A stretch of DNA of 64,000 nucleotides, from assembly GCA_012026655.1 (NCBI GenBank), contig JAAILG010000005.1:186001-250000 (forward strand). Reading direction: 5' to 3'. Below are positions 50,292-63,585 of this stretch, piece after piece. Under the pieces are notes generated by a model that worked only from the letters and a program-made list of their open reading frames with translations, made no database searches and was not told the DNA's origin. Position numbers and translations under genes: made by a program. This DNA comes from Hydrolagus affinis (Eukaryota). Each line of letters begins with the position of its first letter. Position 1 is the stretch's first letter.

Positions 50292-51583
50292 TACAACAAC
50301 AAGAACAATAAAATTCCACTTGTATAGCGCCTTTCACGTTGAGAGAATGTCCCAAGCCGCTGGACAGTCAATGTTTCAGACCCAAGCTGGGTTGGGATTG
50401 GGGAGGTTGCAGGGAAAGGAGGGGTTGGGGGTGACCGATGGAACCATCGAAGATGAGGTTCATGAGGTGGGACTTGAAGGAAGCTAGCAAAGGGATTTAA
50501 AGGTGAGGACCAGGTTCTTGAATTGAATTCTCTGAGTGATGGGGAGCCAATGGGGTCGGGCGAAAATGGAGGAGATGCTGTCACAGAGCTTGGTGTAGGA
50601 GAGGACACAGGCTTCAGATTCTGGATGATCTGCAGCTTATGGAAGGAGGAGTTGGGAAGGCTGACAAGCAGGGCGTTGGCATAATCGAGCCTGGATGTGA
50701 TGAAGGCGTGAATGAGAGTTTCAGCGGCCAGAGGGGTGTCGTAGTAGTGGAGTCGGGCAAGTGAGGTGAGGGAAAGCAGAGAGGTTCATGGCTTGGATGT
50801 GGGGGAGGAAAGCCAGTTGAGGATCATGAGGGCCTCAGTCCTGGACTTGATGTCTGACAAGCCTTAATGTCTGACCAGGACTTGATGTCTGACAGGCAGT
50901 CTGTGAGGACAGCAGTGGTCCTGGAATCGAGGGTAGAGGCAGAAAGATAGAATTGGGTATCATCCTCACACATGTGGAAGTTGACCCCATGTCTGCAGAT
51001 GATGTCATCAAGAGGGAGCATGTAGATATTGAAAAGTAGGGGGGCCCAAAGACAGATCCCTGGGGGACGGCCCAAGAACAGATCCCTGGGGGATGCCACA
51101 GGTAACAATGTGGAGGCTGGAGGAGAAGCCGGTGGTGGTGATAAAATGGAGACGGTGAGAGAGGTAAGAGTCGAACGCAAGGGCAGGGCCATGAAGATTG
51201 AGGAGGGAGGAGAGATGGTGCAGGAGGATGGAGTGGTCAACGTTGTCGAAGGCAGCAGAGAGGTCAAGGAGGACAAGGAGGCAGAGAGAGCCCTGATCAC
51301 AGATGTTTAAAATGTCATTAGAGACTTTAACCAGGGCTGTCTCCATGCTATGTGCAGCATGGAAGCCGGATTGTAGGGGTTCAAAGAGGGAATGGCAAGA
51401 AAGGAAGGAGCGAAGCTGGGGCGCAACAACTCATTCTGAGGCTTTGTGTAGGAATGGAAGGTTGGAGATGGGGTAGTAACTGTAGAGTAGGGATGGGTCC
51501 AGGGAAGATTTTTTCAGGATGGGGGTGATGACAGCTGCTTTTACAGGAGTGGGAACAGTGCTGGTGGATAAGGAGAGCTTGAT
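50292..51583 (-). mobile_element. L2-clade LINE fragment with a frameshifted reverse transcriptase
   Basis: RT motifs ETALVKVSND, LLVLLDLSAAFDNVDHSILL, GIPQGSVLGP, LFNIYMLPL and a decayed YADDTQ (CEDDTQ) are spread over two frames. There are small internal tandem duplications near 50843-50895 and 51044-51097, and the 3' tail is at 50292-50360. Confidence 0.95.
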
Positions 51584-52869
51584 GAACAACAACAAATTAC
51601 ACTTATATAGTGCCCTTCATATCGGAAAGATGTCCCAACAGAACAATGACATCGCGTTTTACAGCATGAAAACAGGCAATTTGGTCCAACTAGACTGTGC
51701 TGGGGTTTATATTCCACACAAGCCTCCACCCTTCCTAATCCCCTCTCCCACATCCCTCCCTTCACTTCTCAAGTATGAATCAAGTTTCTTCTTAAATACA
51801 TTGTTGTTTTCTGTTTCAGCCGCACCATCCAGCATTCTCACCGAGTCACCACTCATCTACACAAAAGTTCCTTTTGAGTCTAACATGGCAAATCTTTACC
51901 CAGCAGTGTGGGAGAATAGGATTCAGTGCCTCATGTAGAATCAAGATTAAGTTCAACTCCCGATCTAAATATAGTTTTAGCTGCAACAAACAACAGTTCA
52001 TTTCTAGATGGCCTGGCTCAGGGATATTCATCTACCAATTCACAAGTTTTGAAAAGTGTCATCGGATCTTCAATGTCCATCTCAAATCTTTCAACAAGTT
52101 ATTAAACGTAACTCATTCTGATAGGATTGCAGCACTTCTGTTTGTGGACAATATTGTAATGCGAGTGGACTCACCTGGGGACTTTTTACGCTGCAAACGC
52201 CATCTTGAACACTGGACCAACCAGTGGGACATGGTGATAATGCCCCAAAGTGCAGAATTATGGCTCAAGAAAAGACATCAAGGTTATTGATTGGAAGATT
52301 CAAGGGCAATGGCAGCACAAAGCGCTCATCTCTCTTCAAGGATACCAAGACTTGGTTGTTGCCAATCTAAGCCTAATAATTTCCGGAATTAGGTAAGCAG
52401 GATATGACCTTCCAGGGAGAGAGTGCGTACTCCATTCCAAAAATAAATTTCTGCAATTTCCATGTATAGGTGGGATACCTGGTTCGGACATTCTTAAGCA
52501 TGGCGATGGGTTTCCAGATGTGTCAGACAATGGGCTGACCCCCCCAAAATGCAACTTGTTTAGAGTTCTATTTTATAAGGTTTTGTGTGATTATATCCAT
52601 GGTTGTGGTCCTGTTGAGTTCAATAAAAATAGTTTTGATTGCAATAATGGGCAGGGCAAGGGGGATGGGAGTGGACACAAGTCAGTGAGACTGCCAGTGT
52701 CCATGTGGTTTGGCCACTACAGACGTTTCTTCTCTCTCTTGCTAGTGAAACCGCCCACAACATAAATGAACAGTTTCATCAGCAGGAAGGAAAAACCCCA
52801 AATCTTCAGAAGTGCTTTTCAAAGTGGCTCTTTACTGCATGCGAGGTATAAATGACATCACCCACAGCA

Positions 52870-53100
52870 TGAGCACAGTATTGCCCTTTGACCTTTGAGG
52901 CCTGGCCTTAATTTCAGTCCAGACAAATGGAATGAAAGTTTCTCTCCGTCAGCTGTAATGGTTCTAAGTATAATGAGCTTGGGCAGTCTCAGCCCATTTC
53001 CTGATGGTCATGAGTCAACTACACAAAAAAACTGGCCAAATGTTAGCATTTGATGACCCTCAAAGAGGCCTTAACATGCCTCTGGTGGGAAGTACAAAGA
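52870..53100 (+). mobile_element. Possible LF-SINE-like ancient SINE
   Basis: gccctttgacctttgagg...aatttcagtccag...tgaaagt...aatgagcttgggcagtctcagcccatttcctgatgg...cacaaaaaaactggc resembles the LF-SINE consensus as I recall it. Confidence 0.4.
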
Positions 53101-53149
53101 TGCCCTATTGGTACAGTAGTTAATGTTCTTCTAAGGTTTGTTTTTTTCC

Positions 53150-53460
53150 AGCCAATTTTCTCCTCCTCTCACCAAGGTATTTACACACACTGGGATACTG
53201 GCCGCCCTCTAGTAACTCTTTAAAGAGCCTGATCCTCTCCTCGCCCAATGTCGGCACACGTGCATTTTCCAAATGGAATCACTGGTTTGCAATTAGGAGC
53301 AGGAAATCCCGAGACCAGGGGGCGTTGAAACCAATTATAGCACTCCAACTGTTGCCCTTCTGAGAACAACTAACTCAGTACAGACTTTACACTTACAGTA
53401 CAGATGTGAATCTAAAACCTTATGGTCTTTATAGCTAAGTGATATCCCAGGGCTTTACTG
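53150..53460 (-). mobile_element. AmnSINE2-like old SINE
   Basis: gagcctgatcct...cacacgtgcattttcca...ggagcaggaaatccc...accaattatagcac...ctaactcagtacaga. Confidence 0.6.
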
Positions 53461-53667
53461 GCCAGGTTGTCAAGAAAGGATGCTACTCCCTCAACCCACC
53501 CCCCACTCTCTTCCCCCAAGGCTGTGGTTAAAATGTGTTGGGGTTTACTCAGCATTTAGCCGAGCAGGAAGGGCTTGATTTGATTGTGGGCTTGGAAAGT
53601 ATCAAATGTTCCATTCTCCAACACAGACATTTCTGACTGCTATGAAATATATATGTGAATCTTTTAG

Positions 53668-53727
53668 ACAATAACAAATTACGTTTGCATAGCACCTTTC
53701 ATGTCAGGAGGACGTCCCAAGGCTCTG
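53668..53727 (-). mobile_element. Short L2 3'-tail copy
   Basis: acaaattacgtttgcatagcacctttcatgtcaggaggacgtcccaagg. Confidence 0.8.
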
Positions 53728-56700
53728 AAGAGTCAGGTGGTGGTTGGGATCAGGAGGGATTGACCGCGGAGAGGGCAGGGGCTAGCAGGCAACAGAAGAC
53801 ACAAAGTTATAATAAAGAAAGCGCATATGGTTTTAGATCCTGGTCAGTCCTCTTTGTTGATCACCCTAAAGGGTTTGATTTTGCCTCCTTGCTGCTCCTC
53901 TTCAGTCTGTAAAGTGAATTGACTATATTTTGTGCGTTATATGTCATTTTGTGCAACTTGTGTCTGACTTAGCAGATTCCAATCTCATACCTGCGCCCTC
54001 CTTCCCCAATTGGAGTCTCGGTGATTTCTGGAAATATTTATATTACAGTATATCTGAAAAATATGACAGTTACAAAAGAAGTGCTATGAGTAGCAAATGA
54101 TGAGAGTTGGCCAAGGAATGAATGTATTTTTTTAAAAAAAAACTAATTTTAAAAACATCGGGGCCTGCAAGATGGTTAAAGTCCACATCCAGTAGTCCAT
54201 AAGCCACAGAGAAATGGCTTACAAGGCATGGAGACCTAGTTTGGGAATGTTTGGAATGTTCCTGGCTGTTTACAAACTCTATTTATTCACACCTGTGTGC
54301 TAGAATGCGGTGCTCTCAGGAGTGGCCCCGATTACAAGAGGGTCAAGCACCAAGGAGACCTAATTAAAAGCTCATTACATGAGACAATCACCATTAGCAT
54401 GCCAAAACTCTATGTTAATCCATTAGCACCATGACTCTCTTCGGAAGCTTCAAATTCCAGCTCCACCTCCCACCCCTCCCCCACCCAAAGGGACTAGAAA
54501 CCACAGCTAGACATTGCCTTTTTCATTCAATGAACATCAGGTATCCAAATCAGGCAAGCGGTTTCAGGATCACTTGTCTTTTCGGACAATCCTTTTGAGA
54601 ATAAATGGATAAATCAGCCAAAGTGGCATAAGTCAAAATATTCAATCACCATTGAAGGGAAAATAACCCCAAAAAGAAAGAAAGGAGAATTATGACGTAC
54701 TAGATATTGATGACATACTGTGTGCGGTGGCTTTTTAAACAAATATTCACCCATATTATGATGTTAGTTGATCTCAGCCAGACCAATGTAATTGATTTGT
54801 GTTACATATTTTAACACTGGCAGCAGTGAGTCATTCAAACTTGGAACTTTAAAGGTTTTTGCATAATTTTTCTTTAGGATAGGTTTGAAGACACTAGAAA
54901 ACAACAACAACAACAAAATGACAACTGTATAAAGAATAACATTCTCTCTTTTGTCTCAGTCGCTTTCTTCATATAAAAAATTTAAAAGACAAAATGTTGT
55001 TTTATGGTTTACATGCAACAATTCTCAGCGTTGTTAGCTCTGGACTTTATATATGTTTTGTTCAATGCCCTGTTACAAAAAAAGTTCAAGGCTAGCTAGA
55101 TGCAAGTGTTTCTAGGTACCATAGCGCGTTATCCTTGCAATGTTGTAGATTCTAACAGAGGACATTAAACCTTCTTATGCTTAAAGTCAGTAAACAGTAC
55201 TATTGTTTGAGCCCCAGGAAAAAGCCAATTGATGCAAAGGAAATTACATGCTGTATGTGCTCCTGCACTTTGCTTGGTGGACACTTGTACAAAGGGCTGA
55301 TCTTTCGGTTTAGTTTGGCAGGATCTAACTAGTACTTAACTTGTTTTCTGTCCTACTCTTTTCAACCTTGGTGGCACGTTCCATTGCTAAAACCACACAC
55401 TTTCGTTCACCTAAGTCCTCAACAAAAACAAAATCTGCAAAAGCCAAAAGCTTCCTGTCAGGACTCAACTGAGTTGAAATGGATCAAAGTAACCAGGGAC
55501 AAGTTAAAAGTGGCTATCTGTTGCACGCCCTGCCTCATTAACTGCTGATAGATATATCAGCTTAGTCTTCTGGGATACCAAACACCCAAAGTCCGTAACA
55601 AAATGAACTCTGGGTTATTTCACCTCACGGTTCCATGTCCAAGCTTAGCATTAAACACCTTCTTGACCTCAACCTTTTACATAATATCTGTGCTATTAAC
55701 CAGCTGAAGGAATGATAGATGTATCCCTCAGAAGACCTGCCAAATGCTGGTCATCATCAGAGTTTCGGAAATCAATAAAAGCCATGAAGAGAAACGCTAA
55801 GCTATCAATGGCAAGTGCCGTCCCCTGGGTCTTCCTTTTCCCTTCCTTCTTTCTTTCGCGGCCTGAATAGAATGAGATGGAGATCTCGCCCCCCGTCCTC
55901 AGAAACAGTATCACTATCCCAGTGTGATAGATCCATTCAATAGGGAAAGCGGTCTGAAACTGAGAGGCCTGTCTACCAGAGTTCCAATGCTGTTCCTTTG
56001 ACTAGGACCAGAAGGATCTCAGTATAGTGTAATATTACAGCTCACTCAGACAGGCTGCAGGCCTGCTCCTAAAGAGCCCATCTGGCACAGCCAGAGAATA
56101 GCAATAATTACAAGCTGATGATGGACATGGAAAAAAAAGAACCACTGAGTTATCTTTCAAGAACTACAGAGCAGGACTGTTGGGAAATTACAGGCTAAAG
56201 CTCTTTCTAGTTCAAGCCTTTTGGTGTTCTTAATCACAGACTTTAAACATTGCAATAAACACTGTTACATTTTATTGGCCAACTCTCATGACAGAATCCT
56301 TTTTTTATTGTCATTTCAGATGACCATTTTTATTGGTGTTTTAAAAGATAGACCTATCCTTTCATCAATGATGACAGAAACGTGAATTAGTTACAATAAT
56401 GGATAGTGCAGGATTCCATAATAGTACTTTTACACACTCTGCACAGGCTACAGTTCAAAAGAGTCTATAAATTCTACTGAAGCTCTTTCAGAAATTATTT
56501 GTCTAAATTTTGTAGGTTAACCATCATTTTTTTATGAGCCCACAAATACAGATGGCGGTTATTAACTCCAGCATTTTTACTGCAGAGATTACCTCTTCGG
56601 TTCAGCTGAAAAAAAATCTTCACATTTTGTAGAAAGAAGATGTATGTGAGAACGAATGTCATGTCCATTTTGTTTTTATTGAGGCATCCCAGATAGGCAA

Positions 56701-58174
56701 CAAAGAAAGAGTACTGTCCTTTTAACTTTACAGTCAATAAAGTTTAGTTCTGTCTGGAACGTTGGGATTTCCTGTAATTAATTCTTATATTGGCCATCTC
56801 CATAACAAGTTAGGTTTTGTAGAAACAACACAGATACATGACTGTCTTGCACAGTGCTTTTATTCATATCCTGCACTTACCAGTAAGCACGCTCAAAATG
56901 CAAGAAAGGCTAACTTCAAAATAAATCCATACAAATTGTAGATTAACCATTGAATATGGAGGCTGAATCATACCTCAATGCCAATGGTAATTATACTTTC
57001 ATGGAAACACAGCCCCCTTTAACAAAAGGAAGAATACACCTGCTGTGTTCGGACTTTGAAAGTCAGAATATTCCAAAAAGAGCTGCATTCAGGGAGACCA
57101 TAGGAACTAAACTAATAACAATCAGCTGCTTTCAGGACCTTGTTGACTGAAAAGACTGAACTCATTTATTTTCCCAAGCTACTCAGATATCCATGATGTA
57201 CATATGTTTCACACAGTTACCCAAACAGGCCTATTCACACTACAAGCATAACTTTAGGGTTTATTGGTCCAGGTTTGATCCAGCTGCTCACTGAAACTTT
57301 TTTGTCCAGTTTTTCTCCCTTCCTTTACTGCAAATGGTGACTCTTAATGCGGCAGAGTTCCCCTTGCAGCTTTCTGGGAACCTCACTCACTTCAGTGGTC
57401 ATTCTGGATGTGTCCTACTCAATACTGTTCCCCTAGCTGAGATCAGTTAACTCTGAGGATCAAGCCAGATACCTTCCAAGTCTGTATGGATTTGTGTGGT
57501 TCACTAACACATTTGTATTCTGATTTATTTGGTAAGCCCATAACAACATTAAGTCTCTGATAATACGTTTCATACTAGTGTGAGTCCACTACTGCTTCAG
57601 TGTAAAAACAGACCTGAAGTGACACTGCAGTCTGCCTTTGATGTGGTAGCTTGTCTCCGGCAGTTAAGTGGAGCGAATTGTAACGTCAAACAGTGACCCA
57701 GTGAGTCCGAGTAGAAACCTTAGTTCCTAAATGTGTTTATGTGGCTGTGTGTGTATGCACGCATGTTGTTTACAGAGGTTAAATACAAGCAACACATCTT
57801 TGATTATTTGATCAATTTCTACTGACTGAGTAAACCTTTTCATGTTACAACGAGGAATTGTCAAGTGAAAGACGTGAACCAGAAAGTGTCTGAATCTTAT
57901 CAAAATGCAGCCAGTCAGTGAGGCAACTGTAAAGCTAACCGCATTGTTCGCTAATAGTGAAACATAAAGCAGGTCGCTGCATTAAAATACTGTAAATACT
58001 TAAGATATATTGTACTGCAGGTGCTACCACATCCCTCTTTTCTCCCCATAAAGATGTTCAAATGAACACAAAACCTACATGTATAAACCCTGTTTTTAGC
58101 AAACTTCTTGCCATTCGATTTAATGTAAATTGTTACCATATCACAGTTTTGTTTCTTATAATAAAATAATAAGC

Positions 58175-58460
58175 TTTGGATTTGACAGCTACTTATCACA
58201 TTGAAATGTCTCAACGCATTTGAGTGATTTGGGATTTTCAGGATGGATGAAGCAGCCAATATTCACACAGTCACTAAGTGAATAACCAATTTTTACTGGA
58301 GGATTGTTGTCAGGATATCAGGAGAAATTCCCTTCTCCTTTTGAATAGTGCCCTTGGATCTTCATCAGGCACCTAAACAGACTAATGGGACCATGGCTTT
58401 ACATTTAAAGAATGTCACTCCAACAATGCAGTACTCTTTCATCATATCACATTAGACTGT
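58175..58460 (-). mobile_element. Old Deu-domain SINE
   Basis: gcagccaat...caggatatcaggagaaattccct...tttgaatagtgcc...ggatctt...cacctaaacag. Confidence 0.6.
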
Positions 58461-58904
58461 GATTTTATGTAATCCTGATGCAATTATGCCCACAGTTATC
58501 ATAACATCACCCAACACAACCTTCTCATTATCAATAATTCCACCATATTATGTCATACTATAATTCTATGAAATAATTTTAATTTAATAGAAACTTCATG
58601 AAATTGAGGGTTTCTCAATGGCTCTAACTGCACTGGGTCACGGTTTGGTGCTAAAGTTTTTTTTGTTGAATAACTGATCTAAGGTGAATTGTTGGTGGAG
58701 GAACTTCCATTGGCCTCTTTGCTCTAGAATAAGAAGAATGGGGAAACTAAAGGTTTTTGCTAATTATTGCTACCCAGTGACCCCACTGGCTGGCTAATCA
58801 ATGTGTAGGGCTTCACATCTTAGCCAAAAATACTAATGAAAAAGAGAACTGTCCTATTTATGTTGGTGTTTAATTTCTTTCATCCAGAATTCATACTAAC
58901 ATTG

Positions 58905-59030
58905 TCCAGAATTTTTGCTCATAAAATATATAGTCAATTCATTTTACAGTTTATCCTGTGAAATACTTTGAAATGTCTTGAAGGCATGATAAGGCACTAT
59001 ATGAAAAGATGCCAGGATTATTTATTTTAA
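58905..59030 (+). mobile_element. Degenerate tRNA-SINE 3' end
   Basis: atatatagtcaattcattttacag...tgtgaaatactttgaaatgtc...gcactatat. Confidence 0.6.
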
Positions 59031-59679
59031 TAGGCATTACAACCAGGGAACTCCTCATCTATGTTTTCCCAGAAAACAGAAACAGTCAGAGATCCATATC
59101 AAACAAAATGGTTTCAGGCTCTGCAGAGAGATGGTTGAATAGTGAACAAATGAGAATTCTTCAGTTTTATTTTAATTACGTTCGGAGATTAGCAAGTATT
59201 TATACAAAAACTTTTTCCATTTAATAAAGTGGGTAAGCAGAATACAATGAGGTAATCTTAGCATGGTCTGTAGGAGGAGTATGCTTAATGGCCTAATAAT
59301 CTGACGTAGTCTACCAGACCCTCAACCCATGTTAGCATGGATGTCAGCAAACTATTCAATTATTCTGTCTTCACTTAATACATTCACTTTTCCAATCTCT
59401 GAACTGTTATTAGGGAAAGCAATTGTGGATGATGTTTCTTCCCTTTATCAGGGTCTCTGAGGTCAATTATAAAACATCCATCTCCCAACCTTGCTGAGAT
59501 CAGCAAATTTTGCAGAGACGAGAAATTCACCATATGGCATATTAAGTATATATGTTCCTTTAACTATCCGAGCATCTGAAAACCTACCTAGATGCACCCC
59601 AATAATTCTTGCATATGATACAATACTTATAGTGTCAAATCCTCTCAAAGAGCTATCTGGTAGATTGTTGGGTAGGACA

Positions 59680-59885
59680 GTGGGAAAAACTCCCTTTTCT
59701 TTTTGAAAAATGTCATAGGATTTTTGGTGTTTACTTGAACAAGCAAATGGGATCTTAGTTTAACAACTCATCCAAAGAAAAGTATGGCACTGGAGTGTCA
59801 GCTTAGTCAGCGAGTCTGAGGCCTGATGTGGAGATCAAATGCATAATTCTCTGATCCCACATGTGAGAGTGCAAATGAGCCAAAA
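59680..59885 (-). mobile_element. Old Deu-domain SINE fragment
   Basis: aactccctt...ttttgaaaaatgtcataggat...gtttaacaactcatccaaag...cactggagtgtcagc. Confidence 0.55.
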
Positions 59886-62800
59886 TTACATTTCTACTAT
59901 CTTACACTTCAATATTATAAGTATCATTTTTAATGTGCTAATGCCCTAACTTGTTCTCCATTCCACAATCCCTTTTGCCTTTCTCCCTCCCTTGCCTCCT
60001 TCAAGGCCCAACTCAAGACCCTCCCTTTCGACTGTGCATTCAGATATCTCCTACCTTTCTGCCCTCCCTCATCCCAACCCTAATACAATTTTGTTGTTAG
60101 CACACAGTATGCAGTCACTACTCTCTACATTATATTCTGTGAAGTTCTATTTGACATACCGCTGACTGAATTGCTCTGTATTAAATGTAAGAATTATTTA
60201 CAGTATTACTACATACAGTAATTTGTCTAAAGATTCTGAAGTTAAAAATGGAAATCATCTCAGAGATGCAAAGCAGTTAGAATATATAGAAACAAGGAAT
60301 TGAAATAACATTCTGTATATTATCTACAACATGGTTAGACCATTTAATTTTCTAGCACTAATGAAAGGGCGATTAGATCACAGATATCTTGCTTGCAACA
60401 ACAACAACAAAATTACATTTATAGAGCACCTTTCACATCAGGAATATTGTTGAACTATTATGAAATATTTATTTGTGATGGATAGAACGAAAGGAAACAT
60501 ATAAAAGCAAAATGCATTCGGATTAGTTAAACAATACAAGTACAGTAATTACATTTTCTATGTCACTGCTACTTATAATAGTCTGGGTTGTTTACAAATG
60601 TATAAGTTTTCTACATTAAAGCAAGATTCATCATTAATGCTTTATTTTTATCATTACCTCAGTGATTGACGTTTTCCATGCACATACATACAGGCACATC
60701 AGGGAATTTGCTGGATTGATCTGTAGGGATAAACACAAAAGTGAATGGTGACGAGCAAACTGGCAGGATGTATTCTATTTAGTTTCAAAGATCTCGCTGT
60801 AGATGGAACAATGCACGAGAATAGACTGGTTTCATTGATTTAGCTTTTCATAATCTCTTTGGGCTACGGTCTTGTGTGGTTGGACAGTACTGAAAAGATG
60901 TGAAAAAAGGCAAAAGCGACAGCCAATTGCAGTCATATCCTACATTGAAATGAACTCTAAGAGGGGCCTACTTTTACCTTAGCACTTAAATTCGTGGTAA
61001 CGCACCACCATGAACGTTCCCAAAGAGATACATTTACAAAGCCTAGTATCGGAGAGGCTTGTTTCGTCTCTTGAGATACATGTCATCTTGTTGTTTGGTA
61101 CTGAGACCACTGCTTCTCCCAACTATATACGTGTATAATTATCTTCCCTGATACCTGAGACAGTTTGCAGCAGTCTTATTACTGAACAATCTAAACTATC
61201 CCTCAAGGCAAGATTTAATACCAGAATACAGGTGGTTACATTTTTTTAAAAAGCTTTTGGAAACCAGAGTTGCAGTTACTTTTTTTAAAAGTCGATTGAA
61301 TAATTTAATTCATTTCCTTTCTTGTAAGAAAGAGCTTGTTTATGTTTATATAAAATGAGGCCACAAGTGCATCCCCCACCCCTCCATGCCACACTATTTC
61401 CAAATGGATTTACTCTCACAGAGCTAAGTATCACGCCTGGACATGGAAACTAAACCATACAGTCTAGCAAAATGTCTTTCAAGCAAACCTGGTTCTAATT
61501 TGAAGTATTTCGAGTCCTGGCAAGTAACGTATGTGTCATCGTGGATTCTCACTGAGCTTGATCAGATAAAATGCAATTTGTGTAAGTGTCTATTGCATAC
61601 ACACACACTCCAGAAATCTATGCCCTTAACTATTGGCATGCAGGCACGGTGATTGTTACATTTGCTGATAGCTTCTCTAACCTCGTTTGATCTTACAGCC
61701 TCTGCTCAGGAAATTGCATTCTATTTACCAATGCCTTCAGATAAATTAAGCAGAGTGGGTGCTGTGCATTGTCACCGATTTTGTTCCTTTTACTTAAAAT
61801 GACGAGGCATCCAACTCTGCAAACCAGACCTTACTCTGCAAGCTGTTAGCATTTTACTTCAATAACAGAGTTCTTGAAACTCAATTTTATTTGCATGGAC
61901 ATGCATTTCAAAGTTTGCCTGCCCTTTTCCTCCCCAACGCCCCTTTAAGCCCCCAGCTGAATTCGAGTAATGAGTGGCCATGGAACTCATTGCCCTTTAT
62001 CTTGCTGGGCTACGTGCACCTTTTGAACTGCCATCTGCAAGTGTGCTGATGCACTAACTTGTTAACTATGCCATACTGTGAAGGAAATGGCATGATTTAG
62101 ATCAAGTGCTCAGGACGGCTGTTCATAAGAAACACTTGAGCTGAGCTGTTGCAGTTCAGGATGTGCCCTGGGGAGAGAGGCTTCGTTTCGGGTCACGCTC
62201 TTGTCTTGTATGAGGGCAAGCGCAGAGTAAAGAAATCACAGTATTATGCCAAAGCTGTGAGAGGAAAAACATTAAGAACCCAGAGAAGTGAAGCTGCCAA
62301 ATTAACTTCTCACCTTTTCAATCACACTCCAGAGGGTAGACGCCCAAAATTTATGCTTCTGAAATAAGCTCAGTTTACATTAAGGAAGACGTTACTCCAA
62401 TTTTATAGATTATAACCAGCTTTTACTCAATCAATCCAAACTTTACAACTCATTAATACTTATTTAGTTACCTGCATTATTTAGGCATGATAATGTAATG
62501 ACTTTCGTGTTCAGCAAAAGTCTGGAACCATTTTGAGGAAAACCATTAAAATTCTAATGTTACACAAAACACAGCTAAATTAAGAGTGAGCATTGAAACT
62601 GTTCCAAGTAAATAAAGAACTACAATCTATCTTGGGCTCAATCCAAAACAAGGACTACAAATCAGTTTAAACTTCAATATGTGATCTGAATAGTGTTTAA
62701 GTTACTAAACTGAAAGCAGTTCTTGAATTTCTTAGTCTCTTCATCTGCATTGTTGATCCTGGACATTCAAACATTCAATGTATTTGTCTTATGAGTACAC

Positions 62801-63454
62801 AAATGGATTATTAGAACCATTCTCTCAAACAAATTCACTTTCCCGCACACTCTAAATCTGTTTAGTCACATTTAATGGTGTCAATTATTGGAACAGGCTC
62901 AGGCTATGAATTTCTTAGTAATGGCTTTAATAACATTAGTAAATGAAAAGCAGATGACTCTAAGTTGGCTTACTTTGAAAAGACATATGAGTACTTCTGT
63001 TTTTAATTTATATACTATTCTACATCTGGAATTCCTTATAATTAAAACTAAAAGCTCAACTACTACTTCCACCTCTCAAACATTGAAAAGATGAATACAG
63101 TAATAGGTTTCTAAATAGTTGGAGTACACAAGAGTTCAGTTTTCTTTCTTATCGAGCAGTCAAGCAGATGATCCATGTTAACTCTTTTCCTCAAAACAGT
63201 TAAAGGCCTCAAGTAGCGACTCAAGATACTTTTAAGACCGAAAGGCTTCAATGAATTTTTAAAAATGGACATGTGAAGAAAAACACCACTCCTACTAACA
63301 ATAATTGGGATTTCCTTTTTCTGAAAGTACAATTCCTAAGAAACAGTTTTTGATTGTGATCGTACATTACTGTAGATCAATGCAGCCCCGGAGAATCATT
63401 TGAGCTTTATTTTTATGGTAGTATTTGGGTAATTGATCCCTGCTTTTCTTGTAC

Positions 63455-63585
63455 TTCCCCCCTCCTCCCCTGACGGCGCTGACTCATGCTGGTCTAAGGT
63501 TCCATCGTTGTCGAATGCCCTGCGGTATCTCTCCCTAGTGGCCTTCTTCACAAGTGAGCCCAGACAATGACTTGTCACAATAGGG
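63455..63585 (-). mobile_element. AmnSINE2-like SINE 3' part
   Basis: Minus strand reads cattgtctgggctcacttgtgaagaaggccact...gatggaacc...cagcatgagtcagcgccgtcaggggaggagggg. Confidence 0.6.

Noticed and set aside
50824-51346. Active retrotransposon or host RT gene
   Set aside because: Frameshifted, 5'-truncated, and the catalytic YADD motif is decayed.
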